Source: Myxococcota bacterium
Lineage (GTDB): Bacteria; Myxococcota_A; UBA9160; UBA6930
Assembly: GCA_965223415.1 (NCBI GenBank)
Contig: OZ245002.1
Location: forward strand, 5,256,757-5,320,756
Length of the DNA stretch: 64,000 nt
Direction of reading: 5' to 3'
The translations under genes were made by a program, and so were the position numbers. The notes below the pieces were generated by a model. That model ran no database searches. It saw nothing but the letters and a program-made list of their open reading frames with translations, and was not told the DNA's origin. Shown here piece by piece: positions 10,605-20,894 of this stretch (positions within the stretch are counted from its first letter, which is position 1; every line of letters begins with the position of its first letter).

Positions 10605-10818
10605 CGGAGTGGCGCCTTCCGTCCGTCCCGCGTCCAGGCCGCCGCGGCGAGAGCGCGCAGGGCGTCGGTCTCCGAGAGCACGCCGACCAGCCTCCCCCGC
10701 CCGTGGACCACCGGCGGGCAGCGACCCGCCCGTCGCCGTTTCGCCGCCGACGGTCGAGGCGAATTGCCTCACTGATTCCCGCGCACTGGGGTGCGATACT
10801 CCGCAACGGAGGAACCCC

Positions 10819-12528
10819 ATGGCCGAGATCACCGGCGGCGAGCTGCTCGCTCGCTGCCTCGCCGCCGAGAACGTCCGCTTCGTGTTCGGGCTGCCGTGCC
10901 CGGAGATCGATCCGCTGCTCGCGTCGCTCGAGGCCCATGGCATCCGCCACGTCCCGCTGCGCCACGAGGCTGCGGGCGCCCACATGGCCGAGGGGGTCTA
11001 CAAGACGACCGGCGCGGCCTCGGTCGTGCTCGGCAACCCGGGGCCCGGCTCGGCGAACCTGCTGCCGGGCGTGATCACCGCCCGCCACGAGGGCGTGCCG
11101 ATGATCGCCCTCACCTCCCAGCACCGCCTCGGCCTCGTCTACCCCTCGCCCCCCTCCACCTTCCAGGGCCAGGACCAGCTCGACGCCTTCGGCCCCAGCG
11201 TGAAGTGGGGCGGCCCGATCCTCGAGTGGGCGCGCATCCCGGAGGTGACGCGGCTCGCCTTCCGCGAGATGTGGAGCGGCCGGCCCGGGCCGGTGCAGCT
11301 CGAGATCCCCGCTCCCGTCCTGTACGCGACCGGCGAGGAGGCCAGCACACCGGTCTGGGCGCCGGGGCAGTACCGGGCGGAGCCGCCCCAGGCCTCGGAA
11401 TCCCAGCTCGAGCAGGTCGCCGGGCTCCTCGCAGCCGCCGAACGACCCTTCGTGCTGGCCGGCTCCGGTGTCGACCGCGCCGGCGCCAACGCGGCGCTGC
11501 TGCGCCTCGTCGAGCTGCTCGATTGCCCCGTGCTCACCACCATGGCCGGCCGCGCCGTCGTCCCCCGCGACCACGGCCACGCCTTCTACCCCTACAGCAG
11601 CGCCGCCGACCGGGTGCGTCGCGAAGCCGACGTGGTGCTCGTGGTGGGCTCGCGGCTCGGCAACCTCGACCTGCCCTACGACAAGTACTGGGGCGACCCG
11701 GCCCGCCAGCAGATCGTGCAGATCGACGTGGACCCGCTCCACATCGGCGTCACCCGCCCGGTGACCCTCGGCGTCGTCGGCGACGCGGCGCAGACCCTGG
11801 ACGGGCTCGTGCGCGTGCTCGAGAAGCGGGGCGTGCAGCGCCAGGGCGCCGGCGACCTCACCCGCTACCGGGAGACCGAGGACGCCTGGTGGCAGGAGCA
11901 GCTCGCGGGCGTCGACGCCTGGAAGGAGGGCGGCCTGCATCCCGCCCACGCCATGCGCGCCATCGGCGAGGTGTTCGGCGGCGAGGCCATCTACGCCACC
12001 GACGGCGGCAACACCTCGCTGTGGGCCCACTGGCTGCTGCCCTCGACTCGCCCCCGCTCCTACCTGAACATCCTCGAGCTCGGCATGCTCGGCACCGGCA
12101 TCCCCTCGGCGATCGGCGCCAAGCTGGCCAACCCGGAGCGCGAGGTCGTCTGCACGACCGGCGACGGCGCCGCCGGCTTCAACATGATGGAGATGCAGTC
12201 CGCCGCCCGGGAGGGCCTGAAGCTCACCACCATCGTCTTCGCCGAGGGCTCCTGGTCGATGGAGGAGCCGAACGAGCGCCTCACCTGGGGCAAGACCTTC
12301 GGCACCGACCAGGGCACGATCCGCTGGGACGTGGTGGGCGAGGGCCTCGGCTGCCGCGGCTACTACGTCGACTCGCTCGAAGGCCTGCGTCCCGCACTGG
12401 AAGCCGCCCGGGACGGCGACGGCCCCGCCGTCGTGTGCCTGCGCACGAGCCGCGAGGCGAACCTGGCGACGCCGGGGGATCCGGCGATGCGCTTCGTGGA
12501 GGTGTATCAGGGGCCGATGGGCGGCTGA
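10819..12528 (+). CDS. Thiamine-diphosphate-dependent enzyme of the acetolactate-synthase/benzoylformate-decarboxylase superfamily
   Basis: The ATG at 10819 is preceded by GGAGGA and lies in the frame of listed ORF 10492..12528. The N-terminus MAEITGGELLARCLAAENVRFVFGLPCPEIDPLL...HEAAGAHMAEGVYKTTG is the Pyr domain. The C-terminal GDGAAGFNMMEMQSAAREGLKLTTIVFAEG is the ThDP-binding GDG...N motif region. Confidence 0.9.
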   Translation: MAEITGGELLARCLAAENVRFVFGLPCPEIDPLLASLEAHGIRHVPLRHEAAGAHMAEGVYKTTGAASVVLGNPGPGSANLLPGVITARHEGVPMIALTSQHRLGLVYPSPPSTFQGQDQLDAFGPSVKWGGPILEWARIPEVTRLAFREMWSGRPGPVQLEIPAPVLYATGEEASTPVWAPGQYRAEPPQASESQLEQVAGLLAAAERPFVLAGSGVDRAGANAALLRLVELLDCPVLTTMAGRAVVPRDHGHAFYPYSSAADRVRREADVVLVVGSRLGNLDLPYDKYWGDPARQQIVQIDVDPLHIGVTRPVTLGVVGDAAQTLDGLVRVLEKRGVQRQGAGDLTRYRETEDAWWQEQLAGVDAWKEGGLHPAHAMRAIGEVFGGEAIYATDGGNTSLWAHWLLPSTRPRSYLNILELGMLGTGIPSAIGAKLANPEREVVCTTGDGAAGFNMMEMQSAAREGLKLTTIVFAEGSWSMEEPNERLTWGKTFGTDQGTIRWDVVGEGLGCRGYYVDSLEGLRPALEAARDGDGPAVVCLRTSREANLATPGDPAMRFVEVYQGPMGG

Positions 12529-13088
12529 GCCGGAGACGGCCCGCGGGCGGGCCTAGCATGGCGGGCGTGCTCCCCACGCGCCCCGCAACGCGCCAGCTCT
12601 CCGCCTGCTCTGGGCTCGCCGCCCCGCTCCCGATCGGCGCCGGCGAAGACGCGCTCCCGGATGCGGTCGTCGCCGAGCGGACGCCGCGCGCCGCTCCGAG
12701 TCTTCCCCTCCCCGCAACGTGGGCCGGTGCAAGTCCCGCGGCTACCCGCCTCGCTGGCACGTAGAATGACGCCATGGCCCCGGGCCCGGCGGACCGCTGA
12801 TGGCGCTCCATGGCGCCAGGCCATGCCCCGGACATCCCTTCCGGCTCGACTTGGGCGGCCTCCGGGACCCTCTTCGATCGCTGGGGAGCCGAAGAGAGAA
12901 GATGGATTCCGTCCCACTGGCCCCTGCACGCCTGCGCAGCCAAGGCGATCGGTGGGCAGGTCGACAGGGGAGCGCTTCCTCGAGCCAGTGCCCAGCGGCT
13001 GACCTCGAGACGGAGTTCCCGGGGGCCACGCTCGCCCCACGAGACAGGGCATGACCCTCGCCGCGTGGGCTAGAGATCGCGGCCACTC

Positions 13089-13165
13089 TGGTGGGGCGTA
13101 CTGGACTCGAACCAGTGACCTCCGCGGTGTGAACACGGCGCTCTAGCCAACTGAGCTAACGCCCC
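13089..13165 (-). tRNA. tRNA-Val (anticodon CAC)
   Basis: The reverse complement reads GGGGCGT TA GCTC AGTTGGCTA GAGC G CCGTG TTCACAC CGCGG AGGTC ACTGG TTCGAGT CCAGT ACGCCCC A CCA. This is a full cloverleaf with the anticodon loop TT-CAC-AC and an encoded CCA. Confidence 0.93.
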
Positions 13166-13264
13166 GGGAGGGCCAAGGCCCTGCGGGTCGAGGGGTTTTA
13201 GGCGAGGGACCGGGGCGATGCAAGAACGGCCCGAGCGCGGCCGGGGCCTCGGCAGCGCCCGCGC

Positions 13265-13627
13265 TCAGCGAGGCGGCGGCCCCATCGGGATCACCTCGCG
13301 CACCTCCACCGGGCCGATCTCGGCGTGGGGGCACTGCTTCGCGATCTCGATGGCCTGGGCCCGGTCCTCGGCCTCGATCATGAAGAAGCCGGCGATCATC
13401 TCCTTCGTCTCGGCGAAGGGGCCGTCGCTCACCAGGGGCTTTCGGTCCCGGATCTGGACGCGGGCTGCCTGGTCCATGCCGGTGAGGGGGTTGCCGCCGC
13501 GCATCCGGCCTTCCCGGGCCTGGGCGGCGGCGAACTCGCCCATCCGCTTCATCTCGGCCGCCTGGGCCTCCGGGCTCCCCCACTCGCGGGCGGGGTCGTC
13601 GACGACGATCAGCATGAAGAGGGGCAT
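13265..13627 (-). CDS. YciI-family (YCII-related) protein
   Basis: It is 120 aa. MPLFMLIVVDDP...LVSDGPFAETKEMIAGFFMIEAEDRAQAIEIAKQCP is the characteristic DGPF/YCII domain pattern. Confidence 0.85.
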   Translation of the reverse strand: MPLFMLIVVDDPAREWGSPEAQAAEMKRMGEFAAAQAREGRMRGGNPLTGMDQAARVQIRDRKPLVSDGPFAETKEMIAGFFMIEAEDRAQAIEIAKQCPHAEIGPVEVREVIPMGPPPR

Positions 13628-13681
13628 CGGTGGTGGTCCTCCACGAGCCCGACGATTCGACCCGGCGGAACCGGACGTTTC

Positions 13682-15307
<1,626 letters not shown>

Positions 15308-15324
15308 GAGCTCTCCTGTGGAGT

Positions 15325-15822
15325 CTATCGGATGGCCGGGGCAGCTTCGGCGCGGGCGTCGTCGATGCGGATCTGGTGGATGGGCACGAAGGGCGAAGGG
15401 AGCCCAGCGGGCGGGAAGTAGCCGATCTCGAGGGTCTCCTCCGGCGTCGTGGGCTCGCCCTGCCCCACCGGTGTGGCCTCGAAGCACAGGTTCACCGCCT
15501 GGACCCGGTTGCCGTCCGGGTAGGCGATCACCTGGCGGGCCGGGTCGGAGTACACGCCGATCAGCCGGCCCACGTCGATCTCGACACCGGTCTCCTCGGC
15601 GACCTCCCGGGCGGCGGCGGCCGCGACCGTCTCGCCGGCCTCGACGTAGCCGCCGGGGAGCCCCCAGTGGCCGTTGTCGCTCCGGCGCATGAGCAGGAGC
15701 TCGCTGCCGGGACCGCCCTTCCAGACGACGGCCGAGACCGAGAGGCGGATCTCCGTCGGATCGGCGGCGAAGTACGACGTCGTGGACGTCATCGGCCTGG
15801 CGATCCGGGTCTTGCCGCGCAC
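15325..15822 (-). CDS. NUDIX hydrolase
   Basis: The Nudix box is [27 protein letters not shown] (GX5EX7REUXEEXGU). The start is either the GTG at 15822 or the ATG at 15792 (MTSTT...). Confidence 0.85.
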   Translation of the reverse strand: MRGKTRIARPMTSTTSYFAADPTEIRLSVSAVVWKGGPGSELLLMRRSDNGHWGLPGGYVEAGETVAAAAAREVAEETGVEIDVGRLIGVYSDPARQVIAYPDGNRVQAVNLCFEATPVGQGEPTTPEETLEIGYFPPAGLPSPFVPIHQIRIDDARAEAAPAIR

Positions 15823-15939
15823 GGCTGCGCCGTGGGGGAATGCGACGGGACCGATCGGATGTCTCTCACCCCGAAGGAGTTCGGAGGGTTGTAGCGACCG
15901 GCCCGGGGCGCCGCAATTTCGCCCGCCGGAAACGGCGTT

Positions 15940-16974
15940 TCAGAGCGCCAGGGGCGCCTCCAGCAGGCCCTCGGTCTCGCCGAAGCCCGCCATCAGGTTG
16001 AGGCACTGCACGCCCTGCCCGGACGCACCCTTCACCAGATTGTCGATCGCCGAGAGCAGCACCACGGTGCCCGCGCGCTCGTCGGCGAAGACGTTCACGT
16101 CGCAGAAGTTGCTGCCCCGAACACTCGAGAGCTGCGGGGTCTCGCCGGGCGGCAGGATCCGCACGAAGGGCTCGTCCCCGTAGGCCCCGGCCAGGACGTC
16201 CCGCGCTTCGTCCTCGCCGAGGGGCCGCGTCGTGCGCAGGTAGACCGAGGAGATGATGCCCCGGACCGTCGGCAGGAGATGGGGCACGAAGGTCACCCGC
16301 ACCTCGCTCCCGGCAGCGGCCCCGGCCTCCTGCTCGATCTCCGGCGCGTGCCGGTGGCTTGCCACGGCGTAGGCCCGGGCGTTGCCGTCGAGCTCCGCCA
16401 TGAGGAAATCCGCGTCCAGCTTGCGGCCGGCGCCGGAGACGCCGGACTTGCTGTCGACGTGGACGGCGTCGGTGAGGGCCAGGCCGGCCCGCAGGAACGG
16501 GATCATGGGGATCAGGACCGAGGTGGGATAGCAGCCGGCGGCCGCCACCAGGTCAGCCCCCCGGATCGCCTCCCGGTAGAGTTCCGGCAGGCCGTAGACG
16601 CCCTGGCCGAAGAGCTCCGGAGCGCCGTGGGGGCCGTAGGTGGCCTCGTAGACGGCCTTGTCGGTGAAGCGGAAGTCTGCCGAGAGGTCGACGACCCGCA
16701 CCCCGGCCTTGCGCAGGCCCGCAGCCATGGGGGCGGCGGTGGCGTGGGGCAGGCACAGGATGGCCGCGTCGGCCCGCCGGGCCAGGGCCTCCGGATCGGC
16801 GCTCTCGAAGTGGAGGTCGACCACCCCGCGCAGGGCCGGGTAGGCCTCGCCCACCGCCTCCCCCGCCCGCTGCTCGCTGGTGGCGGCGACGATCTCGCAG
16901 TGGGGATGGCGATGCAGGATGCGCAGGGATTCGAGCCCGGTGTACCCGCTCGCTCCGACGACGGCGATCCGCAT
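15940..16974 (-). CDS. argC: N-acetyl-gamma-glutamyl-phosphate reductase
   Basis: The ATG at 16974 in listed ORF 15940..17082 gives MRIAVVGASGYTGLESLRIL. GCYPTS is the active-site Cys region, and the C-terminus has LVKGASGQGVQCLN. Confidence 0.92.
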   Translation of the reverse strand: MRIAVVGASGYTGLESLRILHRHPHCEIVAATSEQRAGEAVGEAYPALRGVVDLHFESADPEALARRADAAILCLPHATAAPMAAGLRKAGVRVVDLSADFRFTDKAVYEATYGPHGAPELFGQGVYGLPELYREAIRGADLVAAAGCYPTSVLIPMIPFLRAGLALTDAVHVDSKSGVSGAGRKLDADFLMAELDGNARAYAVASHRHAPEIEQEAGAAAGSEVRVTFVPHLLPTVRGIISSVYLRTTRPLGEDEARDVLAGAYGDEPFVRILPPGETPQLSSVRGSNFCDVNVFADERAGTVVLLSAIDNLVKGASGQGVQCLNLMAGFGETEGLLEAPLAL

Positions 16975-16996
16975 GGTCCTGTCTCCCTTGTGCTCC

Positions 16997-17029
16997 AAAA
17001 CGAAACGGGAGGCCCGAAGGCCTCCCGTT
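16997..17029 (-). terminator. Rho-independent terminator downstream of rpsI
   Basis: On the minus strand, AACGGGAGGCC-TTCG-GGCCTCCCGTT forms an 11-bp perfect stem (17004-17014 / 17019-17029) with a TTCG loop. It is followed by TCGTTTTGG. The stem starts 25 nt after the rpsI stop. Confidence 0.75.
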
Positions 17030-17053
17030 CGAGTGCGAACTGCTGGCGGAGGC

Positions 17054-17452
17054 CTAGCGCTTCGAGAACTGGAAACGCGCACGGGCGCCGCGCTGCCCGT
17101 ACTTCTTCCGCTCGATCTTGCGCGCGTCCCGGGTGAGGAAGCCGGCCTTCTTCAGGGCGGCCCGCTGGGCCGGGTCGAGCTTCTCGAGGGCCCGGGCGAT
17201 GCTGTGGCGCAGGGCGCCGGCCTGGCCGGCCACGCCGCCGCCCTTGATGCTGGCGGTGATGTCGTACTGGCCGCCGAGCCCCGTGGTGTCGAGGGGCTGG
17301 TGGATCATCTTCACCAGGCTCTCGCGCGGGAAGTACTCGCCTATGGGCCGGCCGTTCACGATGATGTTGCCGACGCCGAGCTTCACGCGCACCCGCGCCA
17401 CGGAGGTCTTGCGCCGGCCGGTGGCGGCGGCTTCGGTCTGGACTTCACTCAA
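17054..17452 (-). CDS. rpsI: 30S ribosomal protein S9
   Basis: It is 132 aa. ...[12 protein letters not shown]...[19 protein letters not shown]...[23 protein letters not shown] is the canonical S9 C-terminus. Confidence 0.97.
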   Translation of the reverse strand: MSEVQTEAAATGRRKTSVARVRVKLGVGNIIVNGRPIGEYFPRESLVKMIHQPLDTTGLGGQYDITASIKGGGVAGQAGALRHSIARALEKLDPAQRAALKKAGFLTRDARKIERKKYGQRGARARFQFSKR

Positions 17453-17897
17453 GGACGAGCTCCTCGGGCTTCTGGGCCGCGTGGGGATGATCCGGGCCGG
17501 CGTATACCTTCAGCTTGCCGAGCATCTTCCGGCCGAGGTTGTTCTTCGGCAGCATGCCGCGCACCGCCCGGCGCACGACCCGATCGGCGTAGGGACCGGA
17601 GAGCAGCTTGTCCGCGGTGATCTCGCGCAGGCCGCCGGCCCAGCCCGAGTGGCGGTAGTAGGTCTTCGCCTCGCGCTTGCGGCCGGTGAGCTTCACCTTC
17701 TCCGCGTTGACCACGATCACGTAGTCGCCGGTATCGACGTGGGGCGTGAAGGACGGCTTGTGCTTGCCGCGCAGGATCGTCGCGACCCGGGTGGCGAGCC
17801 GGCCGAGCACCTGGTCCTCGGCGTCCACGACCAGCCAGCGCCGCTCGACCTCGGCGGACTTGGCACTGCGGGTGGCCTGGTGGGCCTGGACTCCCAT
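17445..17897 (-). CDS. rplM: 50S ribosomal protein L13
   Basis: The ATG at 17897 in listed ORF 17445..17951 precedes ...[49 protein letters not shown]... The gene overlaps the rpsI start by 8 nt. Confidence 0.95.
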   Translation of the reverse strand: MGVQAHQATRSAKSAEVERRWLVVDAEDQVLGRLATRVATILRGKHKPSFTPHVDTGDYVIVVNAEKVKLTGRKREAKTYYRHSGWAGGLREITADKLLSGPYADRVVRRAVRGMLPKNNLGRKMLGKLKVYAGPDHPHAAQKPEELVLE

Positions 17898-17941
17898 GGG
17901 TGCGGTCCTCTTCTTCTGGCCACACGGGTGGCGAGCGGTGT

Positions 17942-17970
17942 TCGATAGCAAGCCGGCCCCCCAGGGTCAA
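17942..17970 (-). promoter_or_regulatory. Candidate sigma70-type promoter for rplM-rpsI
   Basis: On the minus strand, TTGACC (17970-17965), a 17-nt spacer, then TATCGA (17947-17942), about 45 nt upstream of the rplM ATG. The -10 is weak (3/6). Confidence 0.3.
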
Positions 17971-18048
17971 GCGAGGGGCACCGGTAAGCCGCCGGGATCC
18001 TGAGGGATTCTCGGCTCCGGCCTCCCCTCGGAGCCGCCGGCGACCGGC

Positions 18049-18789
18049 TCAGGCCTCTACGCGGACCAGGGTCAGGCCGCGGGCGGGAGCCGTGGGACCG
18101 GCGGCGGACCGCTCGCGGGCGACCAGCGCCGCGGCGGCCCAGCCGGGCTCCCGGCGGCCGAGGCCGATCTCGAGGAGCGTCCCGACCAGGTTGCGGACCA
18201 TGTGGCGCAGGAAGCCGTCCCCCTCGGCCAGGAGGACGACCTCGCCGCCGGCGAAGCCCCGCACCTCGAGCCCACGCAGGCTCCGGACCGTGTCGGACAC
18301 GCTCGAGCCCGCGGCCTGGAACGAGGCGAAGTCGTGGGTGCCCCGGAGGGAGGCGGCGCCCTCCTGCATGGCCGGAAGGTCGAGGGGCGGGGGCACGTGG
18401 TGCCAGCGGCGCGCGCGCAGGGGCGAGGCCTCCCGCCCGTTCCAGACCTGGTAGCGGTAGAGCTTCCCCCGGGCCGCGTAGCGGGGGTTCCAGCCGTCCG
18501 GCGCCGCCGCGCACGCCACCACCGCGAGGTCCGCCGGGAGCTTCGCGTTCAGGGCGCGCATCAGCGTCGGAGGATCGAGGCGGGTCGCGAAGCTCGCCGC
18601 CGCGAGCTGGCCCTCCGCGTGGACGCCGGTGTCGGTGCGCCCCGCGCCCTTCGCCACCACCGGCACGCCCGCGATCGCGGCGAGCGCGCCCTCCAGCTCC
18701 GCCTGCACCGAGCGGTGGCCGTCCGGCTGGCGCTGCCAGCCCTCGAAGTCCGTGCCGTCGTACTCCACGGTCAGGCGGAAGGTGGGCAC
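18049..18789 (-). CDS. truA: tRNA pseudouridine(38-40) synthase
   Basis: MPTFRLTVEYDGTDFEGWQRQP...GAGRTDTGVHAEGQ contains the catalytic Asp motif RTDxGVHA. Confidence 0.93.
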   Translation of the reverse strand: MPTFRLTVEYDGTDFEGWQRQPDGHRSVQAELEGALAAIAGVPVVAKGAGRTDTGVHAEGQLAAASFATRLDPPTLMRALNAKLPADLAVVACAAAPDGWNPRYAARGKLYRYQVWNGREASPLRARRWHHVPPPLDLPAMQEGAASLRGTHDFASFQAAGSSVSDTVRSLRGLEVRGFAGGEVVLLAEGDGFLRHMVRNLVGTLLEIGLGRREPGWAAAALVARERSAAGPTAPARGLTLVRVEA

Positions 18790-18792
18790 GGA

Positions 18793-19800
18793 TCAGGCCC
18801 CGAAGAAGCGTTGCTGCGCCAGCTCGAGACCGTTGGCGGCGGCGAGCCGAACCGGGTCGCCGGCGATCCACAGGAGCAGGCCGCGCTCAGCGGGAACGCT
18901 CGGGTCGCTCCGCACCCGGCCCACACCCACGTCGTCCGATCCCACGCTGGTTCGGGTAGTGGGCGCGTCGCGGCGGTCGCTGACCACCACGCCGGGCGCC
19001 TTCGACAGCGCGTCCGCCGCCTCGGCGGCCGCCAGCGGTGCCTCGGTCTCCACGGCGAGCTGGATGCCGCAGCCGGCGAAGGTTGGCACGCGCAGCGCCG
19101 AAACCGAGAGCGGCGGCGGATCCCGTAGGAGGCGGGTGAGGTGCCCTTCGATCTGCGCCTCCCGGTCCGGGGCGAAGTCCACGCCCGGGGCGTCCGCCGA
19201 GGGCAGGCAGTCGAAGGCCAGGGGGCGCGGGAAGACGTCGGAGGCGTCGGGCTCCTGCTGCTGGAAGAGACCCAGGGTCTCCTGCTGGAGCGCCTCCACT
19301 CCCGAGCGCCCGGCGCTGGACGCGGACTCGAGCACGGTGGCGTGGAGCCGGACGATCCCCGCCCGCTCGCGCAGCGCCGCCAGCACCCGGGCCAGCAGCA
19401 GCACCGGGCCCGCGGGCCCCGCCACCAGGGGCTGGTCCGGGGCCCAGGCCCGGCCGCCGGGGCCAGCCAGGCCGAGGGGCACCTCGCCCCGATCGGCGAG
19501 GGCTCCCGAGAGATCGATGCAAGGCACCTCGGCGCGCAGGGCGTCGCGGATCCACTCGACGGCGGCGCCGGCCGGCGCGCACAGCCACAGCAGGTCGAGC
19601 TCGCGCAGGGGCGGCGGATCCACCTCCACCGGCAGGTCGTGGCCCAGCCACGCGACGTCCTGGCCGAGGGACGCGTCCGTCGCCAGGGGGACGAGGCGCT
19701 GGATCGGGAAGCGCCGCTCCTGGAGCAGCTCCAGCAGCTCGCGGCCGACGTGGCCCGTCGCCCCGACGACCGCGACCCGCAGCAGCTCGGCCGCGTTCAC
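18793..19800 (-). CDS. usg: USG-1-like member of the aspartate-semialdehyde dehydrogenase family
   Basis: The GTG at 19800 overlaps the leuB stop (GTGA), in the frame of listed ORF 18793..21762. [24 protein letters not shown] is a Rossmann N-terminus. [18 protein letters not shown]...PLAFDCLP resembles E. coli USG-1 as I recall it. The gene sits directly upstream of truA, as usg does in E. coli. Confidence 0.8.
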   Translation of the reverse strand: MNAAELLRVAVVGATGHVGRELLELLQERRFPIQRLVPLATDASLGQDVAWLGHDLPVEVDPPPLRELDLLWLCAPAGAAVEWIRDALRAEVPCIDLSGALADRGEVPLGLAGPGGRAWAPDQPLVAGPAGPVLLLARVLAALRERAGIVRLHATVLESASSAGRSGVEALQQETLGLFQQQEPDASDVFPRPLAFDCLPSADAPGVDFAPDREAQIEGHLTRLLRDPPPLSVSALRVPTFAGCGIQLAVETEAPLAAAEAADALSKAPGVVVSDRRDAPTTRTSVGSDDVGVGRVRSDPSVPAERGLLLWIAGDPVRLAAANGLELAQQRFFGA

Positions 19801-20885
19801 CCGGCGGGCTCCAAGTGACGCAGGACGGCGTCGCCCATGGCCCGGCAGCCGAGGGTGGGCCGCTCTTCGCCTTCCAGGACGAGATCGCCGGTGCGGTGGC
19901 CCTCGCCCAAGACGGCGGTCACGGCCGCGCGCACCTGGCCGGCCACGTCCTCGCGCCCGAAGGTGTGCTCGAGCAGCATCGCCACGGAGAGGATCGCCGC
20001 CAGCGGGTTCGCCTCGTCTTGGCCGGCGATGTCCGGCGCCGAGCCGTGGACCGGCTCGTACAGGCCGACCCCGCCCTCGCCCAGGCTGGCCGAGGGCAGC
20101 ATGCCGAGGGAGCCGGTGATCATGGCCGCCTCGTCGGACAGGATGTCGCCGAACAGGTTGCCCGTGACCATCACGTCGAAGCGGGCCGGCTCGCGGACCA
20201 GCAGCATGGCGCAGGAGTCGACCAGCTGATGGGCGAGCTCGACGTCGTCGTAGTCCTTGGCGACCTCGTCGACGACCTCCATCCAGAGCTGGGACACCTC
20301 GAGGACGTTGGCCTTGTGCACGTGGGTCACGTGGTGGCGGCGCCGGCGGGCGGCATCGAAGGCCACGCGGGTGATGCGCTCGATCTCCACCTCGTCGTAC
20401 ACCATGGTGTTGCGCGCCTCGCGGCGGCCCTCGACGAGGGCGCGGCCGCGGGGCTCGCCGAAGTAGATGCCGCCGGTCAGCTCGCGCACGACCAAGAGAT
20501 CGATGCCGTCCACCACCTCCGGGCGCAGGGTCGACGCGGCCGCCAGGGCTGGGAAGACGGTGGCGGGGCGTAGGTTCGCGAACAGCCCCAGCTCTTTGCG
20601 GATGCGCAGTAGGCCCTTCTCGGGGCGGGTGTCCACGGGCATCGCGTCCCACTTCGGCCCGCCCACCGCGCCGAGCAGCACCGCCCGGCTGGTGCGGGCC
20701 CGTTCGACGACCTCGTCGGCCAGGGGCGTGCCGTGGCCGTCGATCGACGCGCCGCCGATCAGCCCCTCCGAGAGCTCGAGCTGCAGCCCGGCCCGATGCC
20801 CCGCCACCTCGAGGACGCGGACCGCCTCGCGGGTCACCTCGGGGCCGATGCCGTCGCCGGGAAGTACCAGGATCTCGTCCGTCAT
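19797..20885 (-). CDS. leuB: 3-isopropylmalate dehydrogenase
   Basis: [21 protein letters not shown]...[26 protein letters not shown] is the isocitrate/isopropylmalate dehydrogenase signature. Confidence 0.95.
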   Translation of the reverse strand: MTDEILVLPGDGIGPEVTREAVRVLEVAGHRAGLQLELSEGLIGGASIDGHGTPLADEVVERARTSRAVLLGAVGGPKWDAMPVDTRPEKGLLRIRKELGLFANLRPATVFPALAAASTLRPEVVDGIDLLVVRELTGGIYFGEPRGRALVEGRREARNTMVYDEVEIERITRVAFDAARRRRHHVTHVHKANVLEVSQLWMEVVDEVAKDYDDVELAHQLVDSCAMLLVREPARFDVMVTGNLFGDILSDEAAMITGSLGMLPSASLGEGGVGLYEPVHGSAPDIAGQDEANPLAAILSVAMLLEHTFGREDVAGQVRAAVTAVLGEGHRTGDLVLEGEERPTLGCRAMGDAVLRHLEPAG

Positions 20886-20894
20886 CTTGCTCCG

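Noticed and set aside
10492-10818. An N-terminal extension of the ThDP-enzyme ORF (MATGTASTTASTTRNTTG...) overlapping the His-rich gene.
   Set aside because: It is an alternative reading frame of the CAC/GGC repeats and has no ribosome-binding site. The ThDP enzyme has a canonical N-terminus at the ATG at 10819 with GGAGGA upstream.
12529-13088. Tested by eye as tmRNA, RNase P RNA, SRP/4.5S RNA, or an additional tRNA.
   Set aside because: The hallmark sequences are absent on either strand. There is no second GGTTCGA-type T-arm with an ACCA end, as tmRNA would need. There is no GAGGAAAGTCCGGGC or ACAGAAnCCGGCTTA, as RNase P would need. The only CCGGAAGG occurrence lacks the SRP helix-8 context. 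The tract is kept as an open question in findings.
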